DNA of 63,130 bases, filler included, from Octopus bimaculoides (Eukaryota): the NCBI RefSeq assembly GCF_001194135.2. It is 5 parts of 5 records of this genome, joined end to end, with 100 filler letters (N's around TTAATTAATTAA, not from the genome) between each part and the next. Parts side by side here need not be neighbours in the genome. Positions count along the whole stretch, not along the records: positions 49,393 to 57,890 come from NC_068981.1; positions 57,991 to 61,706 come from NC_068988.1; positions 61,807 to 63,130 come from NW_026391457.1; 2 more parts are not named here. One strand, given 5' to 3'. Below, one piece after another: positions 51,502-63,130 of the stretch. A program made the translations under genes and the position numbers. A model generated the notes under the pieces. The model was not told the DNA's origin and did not search any database. It was given only the letters and a program-made list of their open reading frames with translations. Position 1 is the stretch's first letter, and the number at the start of each line of letters is the position of its first letter.

Positions 51502-54304
51502 CTTTCTACACACAAACACACATACACACACAAACACATACCTTACGCAAACAGCGACGCAAGTGTGCATACTCACAGTAATATAGACAACACACATCAA
51601 CTTCAACATACACCAAATGCACATAACCCATGCAAGTCACATTGCATGTGACACCTCGCATGTACATAATTTCAAGCTCACACATAACTAAAGATATAGA
51701 CCCATATGTACAAACACCTCTAACACATAGAGCACATGCTGACATCTATATGTCCACACGCACCTTAGACACATCAAACATAAAATACATACAACATAAG
51801 CACAAAAAGCACATACAATACATATCAGGGCATCATATCTAAGCACACTCTCATACTTAACTACACTCATATATGTACAAACACAACATTTTACAGAATC
51901 AAAACCCACACACTCTACCATTTAAGGACACACTATACAGACTGTCATTACTAATGCACTCCCACTGCTAACACACATATCACCATGGATACATACAACA
52001 CATTCACATAATAAACATGCTCATCTTTACTCTCATATACACACTTTTGTTACTGATAATTCACTTGTCTTTTGAGCCTCTTTACACCGATGTCTAAGCT
52101 GAGTCTGTCGTTTTCTATCTTGGAACGAACTCAAAGAACTAAGATTTTTTTATGAGGGACAAATATGCAGTTTTGACTATAATTTTCATAATTGTTTGCT
52201 AACGTGCCTTCTGTGTAGTCTGCATCCAATAACATAACAACGGTGTATAATTTGTTTTTATCATAAAATCACTGAGAGAGAGAAAAATTAGATGTAAATT
52301 TGAAGAGTAAAGTGAGGAGTTAAACGCAGTTATAATACGAAACACAATCACTACTAGTACATGAATTCTAAAAACAGTCTTCATTTCGTTGGTCCACCAG
52401 TTCAGAATATAGATTTAGACATGAGAAATTATTAATGTATATTGAATGGCTTCATCTGGGCAGTGCTTCTTTCCGTAGAGCCATTAAAATAAAGAGCCTA
52501 AAGAAAGTTCTTTGCATACAAGTCCAAGAAAAGATGCGGTCACTGTCATTGAAAACATGAAAATTATATGTATATCTACGTTGGCAGAGTAATGTAATTT
52601 CTCAAAACACTGAATTCTTGTTTCATGCGATGACAGCTGTCATATAAATTGAACCTAATGTTATAAACTGTTTAATCTATTATCACGAGAGAACGACGTG
52701 ATTCTATTTATATTTGATTCAACATAACTTCCCTAAAACTATGATCATAAATATTTCCTTGTTTCAAAAGATACCTTTCAGAACAAAATAATTTAGGATA
52801 CGGATTGGCTTAAAGCCATTTTGTGCAGTCCTTTAGAGAATACCTGAAGGAATATGTATGATATATATCCATCATCAGCAATGAATATAATGTACTTTAG
52901 GATATATATACATACTAATGTAAACTGATCATTAGCCACTAGTGCTGAGAGCATTGATAGAATTATAACTTTTGGAAATGCAACCAATATTTGTAAAACA
53001 TACCCATACGCATCCACAACTAAAAATATATGCGCGCATATACACTCAGTATCTCAAAGCCATTTACACATTGTGTACATATATAATACTCTGCATATTG
53101 CTTAGCATTTTCTCAAATATGAAATAAATATATCATATTGATTTTTATATTTTCTAAGTTTTATGTTCCATAAAACGCATCTCTAGATAATTAGCTAATT
53201 GACATTAGTAAACGATAGTTAAATCTACACATATATTGAACAATTCAGACAATGAAAGCAAAATCAAATTATTTAAAACTACTTATTATGTAATGCAATA
53301 ACCTTCCTCTCTCGCACACACTTCATAAAATCCTGTTTCGATGGAATCTTAACAGACACTTGACTTACTAGAAATATCAACCGATCCTATTTCACATTAC
53401 ACATCGAACGTCCTTGAAAAAGAGAGGGACATTTTAGGTAAAGGAATCCTACACACTTAGTGAAAAGATGAGACGATCCCATCTCGTATAGTTTTGATCA
53501 TAACTGTGCTCGATCAAAATTGACTTGCGGCAAAACAACAACACTACCCACAATAACAGTAACAGTAACAACAATAACAATGCAATCTTTATTTCCACTC
53601 ATATAACGAGTCTAATACCTTGAACGTAATTTTCACTCATATAACAAGAGTTTAGTACCTAGAATACGTTGGCAGAATGGAAATCTCATCAATATTTTCA
53701 TTATCGACATTGCAGCTATATTGTCATGAAAGAAAATCGGAAGTAGTTAGTGCCGAGAAAAGGGAAAATGTGTCTACAACCTCTACTAGAAATGGCAGCC
53801 AAATACCCCATATATCATTTTAAGGTCTTAAAAAAGATGAACACATTAGAGAATGTAGATTTGAATATATAAGAATAACACGTACTCTGGTGGTAGTATA
53901 TTTGATTATAGAATTAAGCGGTTAGAACGGGCCTGGAGCTAAACAAGAAAAATTATAAATCTGTCAAAATTTGACGAAAGCGTCAACAAGACCATGATTA
54001 AACAATAACAAACTTACTTTATAGAACACTAAGCAATAATATGGAAATAACTATGATCGAATAGGTCGGCCAATCATATATAGAGTTTCTTCAGTTTTAC
54101 CTCAGTAAGAATAAAGGGAGGAAAAGGAATAGAATTTTGCTAAGTTTCATGATAATGACAGAAATAAAAAACAGAAAATATTTAAAAGACAAAGCCATAT
54201 ACATACATACATACATACATACATACATACATGCCCGCGCACACACAGACATACACCCACACAAACGCGCACACACATACACACACACACATACACACAC
54301 ATAT

Positions 54305-54490
54305 GGACGCAGGCGAGATTGTATAGGTCAGTGGTTTCGCAGTATGTTAAGTCTGTTTGTCAACCACAAGATTATAGATTTAGTCCTACAGCGTGATACT
54401 TTAGGCAAGTGTCTTCTACTATCGCCGCGGGTAGACAAAAGCCTTCTGAATGGATTCAGTAGATGGAAACTGAAAGAAACCCGCCGTATG
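54305..54490 (+). mobile_element. tRNA-derived SINE family B, degenerate
   Basis: caaccacaag...ggcaagtgtcttctactatcgccgcggg...gatggaaactgaaagaaacccgccgtat. Confidence 0.8.
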
Positions 54491-54492
54491 TG

Positions 54493-54524
<32 letters not shown>

Positions 54525-54724
54525 TGTATGTATGTATGTATGTATGTAGGTATGTATGTATGTGTCTTTGTGTCTGAGTTTGACCCACGTCACTGCTTTA
54601 GAACCAGTGTTAGTGTGTTTATGTTCTCGTAAGTTAACAATTGAGCAAAAGAAACCGATGAAGGAATACTTTAATAAAATTACTAGAATCAATTCGTCTG
54701 ACTAAAATTTTTCAAAGAAAAATA

Positions 54725-54888
54725 GGCGCAGGCGTGGCTATATGGTGTGAAGCTTGGTTTCCAACCACATGGTTCCGGGTTCAATCCCATTACGTAGAAT
54801 CTTTTTCTAGTGACTTCTACTATAGTCTCGGGCTGACCAAGTCCTTAAGAGTGTATTTTGTAGACGTAAACTGAAAGAGACCCGTCAT
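54725..54888 (+). mobile_element. tRNA-derived SINE family B
   Basis: ggcgcaggcgtggctatatggtgtgaagcttggtttccaaccacatggttccgggttcaatccc. Confidence 0.85.
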
Positions 54889-57800
54889 ATATATATATAT
54901 TCCCGAGCGTCATACTAATATATACTTTTGTTATTTACACCACCTGTCCTCGTCTGTTGTTATTTTTTGTATATTCTCCCATATATATATATATATNNNN
55001 NNNNNNNNNNNNNNNNNNNNNNNNNNNNNNNNNNNNNNNNNNNNNNNNNNNNNNNNNNNNNNNNNNNNNNNNNNNNNNNNNNNNNNNNNNNNNNNNNNNN
55101 NNNNNNNNNNNNNNNNNNNNNNNNNNNNNNNNNNNNNNNNNNNNNNNNNNNNNNNNNNNNNNNNNNNNNNNNNNNNNNNNNNNNNNNNNNNNNNNNNNNN
55201 NNNNNNNNNNNNNNNNNNNNNNNNNNNNNNNNNNNNNNNNNNNNNNNNNNNNNNNNNNNNNNNNNNNNNNNNNNNNNNNNNNNNNNNNNNNNNNNNNNNN
55301 NNNNNNNNNNNNNNNNNNNNNNNNNNNNNNNNNNNNNNNNNNNNNNNNNNNNNNNNNATATATATATATATATATATAAATATATATATATGCATGTATT
55401 ATGTATATATGTATGTGTGCGTGCGTGTTTGTGTGCATGTGTGTGTGTGTATGTGTGTGTGTGTACGTGTGTGTGTTTGTGTGTGTGTGTCTTTCTGTTA
55501 GTGATTGTCTTCTGCTAGTGTGTTATTGTGTTTCCGTCTTCGTAGCTTAGTGGCTCGACGGAAGTGAAAAAATAGATCAAGTGCTTGTCTTTCAACTATA
55601 AGTACTAGAGTGGATCCATTCGACTAAAAACTCAGCCAGGCGGTGTCCCAGCACCACAGCTATCTAATGACTGAGACAAGTAAAATAAATACATTTTATT
55701 TGGTTATTTCATGAAAGATAGACACAACTATGGACATGTGCTTGTGTACATAAATGCACCTAGATAACACGCACAGAGACGCACGTTCACAACACACAGT
55801 TGTATGATTGGAAGAATAAGGTGTCAGAAGAAAGTCCTAGGCAAATTTTATGATAAATCTGATTGTGCTTTTTTCTATTAAGTCTCCTGAACGGTATATG
55901 TTCTTTTGTGATTCTTAAAATTGTTTGAAAATTGCACCATTAAATACACGTATGCGCACAAACGAATACTTACACACGCACTGAAATAAATATAGATATG
56001 ATCAACTATGTTGACCAACCATACAATCAATATATGTCCTGTCATGTGCCATGCATTAACATGCCAAGATATTTACGTTCTTCACTATCTAGGAGACATG
56101 ATAGGAATGATGATGAAACACCCCTCATATTACATAATTGTTTCTTGAAACATAAAGGTAATTTTAGAAGATTTAGTGTTCAATATAATAAATCGAAACA
56201 GAAAATTAGGTGATAACAACTAGGACACTTCGATGAAGGCCGACATGGCATTTGACTGATTCTTCGCAAATACCATTTCCTCACCTACTCTATCGGTCTA
56301 ATGGATCCGCCTTCTCGTCCAGTCTTCTTCAGCTTATTATCATAATTGCCAACATCATCGTCACTACCATCATCTTCAACTCCAATTTACAGGTCAGTCT
56401 CATCCGATATCACTTTCTATCACAGTTCTTCCTAGTTATGTAGCACTCAAAGTACAACTAATCTCTAACAGAATCTTAAATAATATTTTAGGACACAAAG
56501 GGTTAATTCCCGAACATTCATGTACGAGATTCCTACTTAAGTCGAAACTGTTACGTGTTTCAATTCTATATTTTATCTGGTTTCCATCAATTTTCTCCAA
56601 CATATAGATCGTTAACAAAGGCACAAACCCTTATACTAAACGTCAGGCGTATAGTCGATTAAATGTAACACAGGCCTTGATTGACGCATATTTTATAGAT
56701 TCGCCAATGGAGGGAAAGCAAATGAAAATTATTCCTGGCGGGATGATGAATAACAAGGAATATAAAAGGTTATAATTAAATACAGTAAGGTATTTTGTAC
56801 AACTCTCTATCCATTATACCAATCGACTGTTCTAATTTTGTCACATATATAGAAAAGGACATGGCCAATACAAATTCTAGTCAGTTATTTTCCTGAAAGT
56901 TAATCGAACTTCTCAATTGCTGTCCGACTTCCCTGCTTCTAAATATCGACCGTGTCCATCATTGTTGCGCAGGTAGAAGAAAGTAGCTGATTTGCCATGT
57001 GTGTGTATGCTTGTGAGTGTGTGTGTATGTGTGTGTGTGCGCCTGTGTTATAGTATCTGTGTGAAAAAATTTAGGAATGGTTAACCTGTATGTGATATAA
57101 TGTATAATGGTTAACCTGTATGTGATATAATGGCGTCGTTTCTCAGTTGAAGATGAAACCGAAGAATGTTCTCAGATCACGTACGATAAAACCAAGCAAT
57201 AATTAAAGTTATTTATGGAAGTATAAAGTGTTTCAATTAAATATTAAGTCAAACATTTACATGGGAGATGACATCATGAAATATTAAGTAATAACTGCAG
57301 TTTGTTTCTGCAGATTAACTGACTAAACTTAGAAAATGCTTCCAAAGCATCATTTTAATCACAAGTGAAAATCGTACTCAGTAAATGTCCTAAAACAGAT
57401 GGATAAATGTTCTTTTGAAGCAAAGTTAATAGCTGTCATCCGAAAGTTAAGAATATACACAATTCTTATATATTATTTGTTATTTTCTGCATTGGAAGAA
57501 AATAAAACACAAAAAAATGAGAAAGTAAGACGCTTTACACTGATTTAGTACAACGTCCGTATATCATAATGTGCATACTTTTGTAGTGAAGGTAAGGATA
57601 CTTTGCTCAGTGATTCAGTTAATTGTATTGCAAAGCACGTTTACTTTAATAGGATCTAGAATCTTGCAAGGGTGGCATAAAATCTTAATTATAGAATGTG
57701 AAAATTGTAAACATGACCTGAGGAGAGTGCTAACACACTACTACACTACAAGGTTTATTTATATGCGAGCACGTGTATATGTGTGTGTGTGCCTGCGCGT

Positions 57801-58977
57801 GTGTATATCGTTTGCTGTTTGTCTGTTCATTAAATTTGTAATAAGACGCAAAAATCGGATATGATATGCATATATATATATATATATATANNNNNNNNNN
57901 NNNNNNNNNNNNNNNNNNNNNNNNNNNNNNNNNNTTAATTAATTAANNNNNNNNNNNNNNNNNNNNNNNNNNNNNNNNNNNNNNNNNNNNTATATATATA
58001 TATATATCTGTCTGTGTCGGTCTACGTGTGTCTCTGTAAGTGTATTGTGTTGCTTCAGTTATTATAGATATGTACAAAATTGCTGAATATTTTCTATTAA
58101 ACGTTAATAAATACTGCTCTGTCTGCTTCGTTTATTTCCGAGTGACATTTTCTCAAAACAACTGTTTGAAGAATTTTCAGAATTTAGCATATTCATTTCT
58201 TTATTTTATACACCTCCGTAACATCTTATATTAATATATAAATGCTCACTTGAGTTAGGGATTTTTCATTTCTTATAATAATATTTATTGGTAATTGCTT
58301 TTAACATTACAAAACATCTGCCAGTTTCTCAGCGTCTTCATTTTCAGCTTTGTTAATATATAAATACTATTTCTATAGCAGAACTATGCATTATATTTTG
58401 AAAGGATTATGGTAGACTTATAAATCAAAGCGTCAGGGAATTACTTCGCAGATTTATTTGTAAGTCAAATGAAATTAAAATTGATGAATGCTGTTATGTG
58501 CGAGCAACATAAAGAATATTGAGATACATTTATTATGCGTTGGTACTAAAATAAATATATTAAAGATAGAAATGGGACGAGGAATAGTGCATATTCATAG
58601 TGTCACATCTAAACAAACAGACGTAATAAAGCAAACTTTAATGGCTTAGTAGAGATAGAAATAAAATTTAAAGAGCCTTTCAATAAGTCAAGAACAGTTA
58701 TAGTGTTATGATTGTCTAGCGATGCAAATGCTATGAATAGATATATATGTGAGTGAGTTTGTGTCTTATACATGCATGCAGGCATACATGTCTGTATGTA
58801 AGAAATTTATGTATATCTACATATTAATGCCATGAACTCAAGACATATAAGTGTGTCACTCTCATTTAATATATGCATATATATATACACACGCATATAT
58901 ATACATACAGACATATATAGATATTCATATATGCATATATGCATATATATATATATAAGTATATATATATATATATA

Positions 58978-59197
58978 CAGTTGTGTCTGGGGAGAGTCAT
59001 TTTCTTATTGTCTTAAAATTTAACACACTCACCGGTAAAATTTCCATTTATTTTTCTTTTACTCTATTTCTTTTTCTTTTTTATTTATATTTTCATTTAT
59101 TTTATTTTATTTATTTAAAAAAAAATTATTTTTATTGTACCGGTGAGTGTGTTAAATTTTAAGGTACAATAAGAAAATGGCTCTCCCCAGACACAAC
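58978..59197. mobile_element. MITE-like element with about 58-bp imperfect terminal inverted repeats
   Basis: gttgtgtctggggagagtcattttcttattgt...aacacactcaccggta is mirrored at 59138-59197. The core is T-rich and non-coding, and the left end reads TA|CAG. Confidence 0.75.
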
Positions 59198-59305
59198 AGA
59201 ATATACTTCAACATAAGAAATCACATAAAAAATCTTGCAAACCAAATCCAAAAACGAAATATATATATACATATATGCATATATATGTGTACACACACAC
59301 ACACA

Positions 59306-59380
<75 letters not shown>

Positions 59381-59609
59381 GTATAAATACACGTATATAT
59401 AGGTGCGTTTGTGTGTGTGTGTGTGGTGGAGTGAGGCTTTGTTGTTAGGATGATACGTCCCTGGTCTCACAATTGGGATTCCGATTCCTGGACCAGGGAA
59501 TCTGTTTTGTTTTTGACCTAAACACTTCTTTTATCATGCTCCAGTTTCCTCACCACATAAAACTGAGCAATCCTACATCATTCCGGAATCCACTCTCATT
59601 GGGGATTCC

Positions 59610-59920
59610 AGCAAAAACAAAGAATATATCTCGCTTCGTCAGTCTCTTGGCAAAAACAACATATTATCCGTTCCGCAAACTCTGTTTTCGTCAGATTCAG
59701 CACCTGCAGACTTACATGCCTTCCCCATATGAAAATGCTGCTCAAAGGTCGCCGGTTTAACACCGTTGTCGAAATCAAGACCGAATCGTCATCGTCAAAG
59801 GTTCTCAACTCGCTTACGGCAAACGAATTCTAGACCGGATTCGAAATTTGGCAGGAACGTTAGGACCGATGTATTGCTACGCAAAGTGACTATTTTGAAT
59901 GCGATATTAAAACTTAGTTA
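59610..59920 (+). mobile_element. Mariner transposase C-terminal relic
   Basis: LGKNNILSVPQTLFSSDSAPADLHAFP then, after a frameshift, MKMLLKGRRFNTVVEIKTES...FEIWQER*DRCIATQSDYFE. Confidence 0.88.
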
Positions 59921-61480
59921 ACGAAGTTATTTTTCATTAAACATTAACAATGCATCCCAGCACTGTCTGGGTGTTATAACCTACAGACACATTGTATTAT
60001 TGGGACCTTTCATAGGGGCATAATCGGCACAGCTGATATATAGTTAACGGCATAATGGAAGTTATTGTTTGCTTCAAAGTGAAGGGGGATAGTAGAATTT
60101 GCATGGGTTTGAAAGAAAGTGATCCCTGTTCTTAAGGACGATCAGAAGCTATGTATTGTTGCATCGTATAAAAGGGGGTTAATACGATGATGACATTTTC
60201 AACATTTTAATTTTCCCCCATCCTCACCGCAATTTCTTTATTTATAACTTTGCGATTTTCCTTTGTTATCTACACATTTTTATAGTCTAATATTTTTAAA
60301 AAGAATCACTCAATTTCCCTTCTACCACCTCGCCCACCCATCACCTACTCTCTTCCACTTTTGTCTGATGTTTCCCGCGTGCTTAGAATTTTACTGAAAT
60401 AGCAAACTTGAAAAAATACCAGGCCACCACCAGAAAACCTGACATGCTAGAAACAACATGTAAATGACATTATTTCTGGGGAAACTTCCCAAGGGTTAAA
60501 TGTGAAACATTGGAAGTATGTGGCTTTTTGAAAGTGGTGAGGTGATGGATAAAATTCTTAAAGTTCCGTTCTCTCTGTTTTTCTCCTCGGATTACAAAGA
60601 AAAAAAACATTTGAAAACAGTAAGAAATGAATTTTGTGTGCAGGGTGAGAAAATTAAAATATTGAGAACGTGTTTTGTGGGTGAAATCCTAATGTCCTCT
60701 ATCGCAGACAGGAATTGGAAGAAATTTCGGAAAAAAATAAGGCAAGGGAGTGGAAATGCCACTTCAGACATGCTAGAAAGACAAGGTAAAAGACAGGATT
60801 TCTGGGAAAACTTTCCTTTAAATTTATATCGAAGATCATATTTTTAAATACGTTTATCACAGACACAAATTATACGAGAGGCAGCGATCATTTCTATTGC
60901 ATTTGAGCTTTAAATTTGCGCGTGCACAATGCAAGAAATAACATAAGTTTTACCTAGAGTGAGTACATGTGTGTGTGTGTGTCAAATGAAGTTATTTCAT
61001 AGCAGTCTTTCGTTTGAAGAAACAAAGTTATCAACTCGATACGTATGGGATCATATTTTTGTTCGTTAATTACTGTAAAATTCTGTTAATTTCTTTATGC
61101 TTTGAAGAGAAAAGAAATTGAAAGAGAGGATAAAGTGAAAAGGCGAAATTTGCTTTGAAGTGAGCGGAGAAAGTAAAAGATGTACAAGTATATGAAATGG
61201 ACGTGTGTGTGTGTGTGTGTATGTGAGAGAGAGAGAGAGAGAGAAAGAGAGAGTGAGTAAGTGAGTGAGTGAGTGAGTGAGTGAAGCTGTGTGTTGTGAT
61301 GTATGAATATTTCTGCATGTAAGTGTCCTTCACTCACTCTCTCTCTCTTTCTCACGCACACACATTATCCTTCATATACACAAACATAAATAGGTGGAGG
61401 TAAATAATACGTACACCAAGCGTTTTCAGCATAGTCTTAACCCTAAATACCGGGTGTGCGTATTCTTTACCTTCGCTGGT

Positions 61481-61632
61481 ATGTCCAAGTTTGGCCAAAT
61501 GCGTACTTTTCAGTATTTATTTTTGCTCGCAGTAGCCGGTTCTTTCGGTCAAACTGTGGCATCTCCAGCTGCTTCAGGTGCCAAGATATCAAACATTGTC
61601 AAATTGCAGTACAACGTTTTTCCTATTGAATG
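61481..61632 (+). CDS. Candidate first coding exon of a secreted or membrane protein (signal peptide)
   Basis: MSKFGQMRTFQYLFLLAVAGSFGQTVASPAASGAKISNIVKLQYNVFPIE(W), ending at the donor tg|gtgaga. The hydrophobic core LFLLAVA is followed by small residues, and GC is higher than in the flanks. Confidence 0.5.
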
Positions 61633-62115
61633 GTGAGACTATTTTTTCGTTTTCTGAAAAAGCAACGTTTTGGACTTGCGGCTCGTTTGCAATATATATA
61701 TATATANNNNNNNNNNNNNNNNNNNNNNNNNNNNNNNNNNNNNNNNNNNNTTAATTAATTAANNNNNNNNNNNNNNNNNNNNNNNNNNNNNNNNNNNNNN
61801 NNNNNNATATATGTGTGTGTCTGTATATGGGAGTGTTTGTATATGTGTGTATGTATGTTTTTATGTATGTATTTTTTCTAGTCAGTCTGGAGGTAGAAAT
61901 ATCACTTCATTTTCAAATCTTTCACGCAAACAAGTCCAGCCATAAGGGTTGGTGACTGGAAGAGCATCCAGCCATTGAAAATCTGACTCAACAATTTTCA
62001 TTCAGTTACTCTAAGCATTGGAAGGTGAGCATTTATTTACATTGATGTTGATATAAATATGTATATAGAGAGAAATTTATCTACATGTGTATATGTTTCT
62101 ATATATCCACAAACA

Positions 62116-62272
62116 TAGCTGTGCGGTAAGAAGCTTGCTTTCAAACCACATGGCTCCAGGTTCAGTTCCACAATGTGGCACCTTAGGCAACTGTCTTCTA
62201 TAATAGCTTTTGGACCAATCAAAGCTTTGTGAGTGGATTTGGCAGACAACAACCAAAAGAAGCCCATTGTGT
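62116..62272 (+). mobile_element. tRNA-derived SINE family B
   Basis: gctgtgcggtaagaagcttgctttcaaaccacatggctccaggttcagttccacaatgtggcaccttaggcaactgtcttcta. Confidence 0.85.
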
Positions 62273-62409
62273 GTATATATATATAGATAGATAGATAGTG
62301 ACAGAATAAGTACCAGGCTTATAAAATATAAGTCCTGGGGTCGATTTGTTCAACTAAAATGCTTCAAGGTGGTGCTCCAGCATGGCCATAGTCAAACGAC
62401 TGAAACAAA

Positions 62410-62675
62410 AGAAATACAAAGCAAAGTAAAGTTCCTTCATGAGTCATGTTGACTCATAGGGGCTTGACTCCTGGTTTCCATGGTGTATAAATTCCTCAGA
62501 TGGACGGGACACTGGTCCATTACAGGATTACTCATTTTTGCCAGCCGAGTGGACTGGAGCCATGTGAAATGAAGTGTCTTGCTTTAGAACACTATGCATC
62601 ACCCAGTCCAGGAATTGAAACCATTATCTTATGATCATGAGTGCAAAACTCTGACCACTAACCTACATGCCTCCC
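62410..62675 (-). mobile_element. tRNA-derived SINE (third family)
   Basis: Reverse complement gggaggcatgtaggttagtggtcagag...ggtttcaattcctggactggg...agcaagacacttcatttcac: a tRNA-like head plus a conserved central domain. Confidence 0.7.
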
Positions 62676-62742
62676 ACATATATATATGTGCGTGTGAGTG
62701 TGTATTTATGTATGTATTTATGCATGTGTATGTATGTGTGAG

Positions 62743-63130
62743 TGGAGGTGCAATGGGCCAGTGGTTAGGGCAGCAGACTCATGGTCATAAGATCGCGGTT
62801 TCGATTCCCAGACTGGGCATTGTGAGTGTTTATTGAGCGAAAACACCTAAAGCTCCACGAGGCTCCGGCAGGGGATGGTGGCGAACCCTGCTGTACTCTT
62901 TCAGCACAACTTTCTCTCACTCTTTCTTCCTGTTTCTGTTGTGCCCGTAATTCAAAGGGTCAGCCTTGTCACACTGTGTCACGCTGAATATCCCCAAGAA
63001 CTACGTTAAGGGTACATGTGTCTGTGGAGTGCTCAACCACTTGCACGTTAATTTCACAAGCAGGCTGTTCTGTTGATCATATCAACTGGAACCCTCGACA
63101 TCGTAAGCGACGGAGTGCCAACAACAACAA
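62743..63130 (+). mobile_element. Near full-length tRNA-derived SINE with (CAA)n tail
   Basis: A/B-box head (gggccagtggttagg...ggtttcgattccc) and a tail ending ccaacaacaacaa. A degenerate copy lies at 1225-1410. Confidence 0.8.

Noticed and set aside
51520-52050. CA-rich 500-bp stretch with His/Thr-rich ORFs
   Set aside because: Degenerate (CA)n low-complexity sequence.
52915-53020. Hydrophobic minus-strand frame as a possible LRR-gene signal exon
   Set aside because: No ATG at a suitable position and a phase-0 end that does not match the LRR exons.
53369-53412. 44-bp minus-strand segment with a strong acceptor and donor
   Set aside because: Stops in all three frames. At best a UTR exon, which cannot be supported without transcripts.
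59596-59830. Minus-strand ORF with apparently good splice sites
   Set aside because: Antisense to the mariner transposase relic.

Overview
AT-rich, microsatellite-dense, gap-rich animal genomic DNA. The SINE, RTE and Penelope repeat content and the simple-repeat density look like octopus/cephalopod (inference, not a database result). Nearly all long ORFs in the supplied track are artefacts of N-gaps or simple repeats. The main genic signal is not in the ORF track: seven 72-bp symmetric phase-2 exons, each encoding one 24-aa extracellular-type leucine-rich repeat. Five are on the minus strand (33.3-40.8 kb) and two on the plus strand (47.4-48.2 kb), with a degenerate plus-strand half-exon at 44.7 kb. 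They arose by tandem duplication of exon+intron modules and sit among long strand-asymmetric GAA/GAG tracts. No N- or C-terminal exons of this LRR gene could be identified. Other candidates are a signal-peptide first exon at 61.5 kb and three splice-compatible WD40-like exons at 0.5-6.6 kb. Mobile elements: a young 5'-truncated RTE LINE, two different Penelope-like relics, a Ty3/Gypsy pol relic, two REL-type LINE fragments, two mariner relics, a MITE and about 20 SINE copies. There are also two perfect long hairpins and four artificial TTAATTAATTAA gap linkers. Repeat boundaries are approximate; exon and hairpin coordinates were counted by hand.
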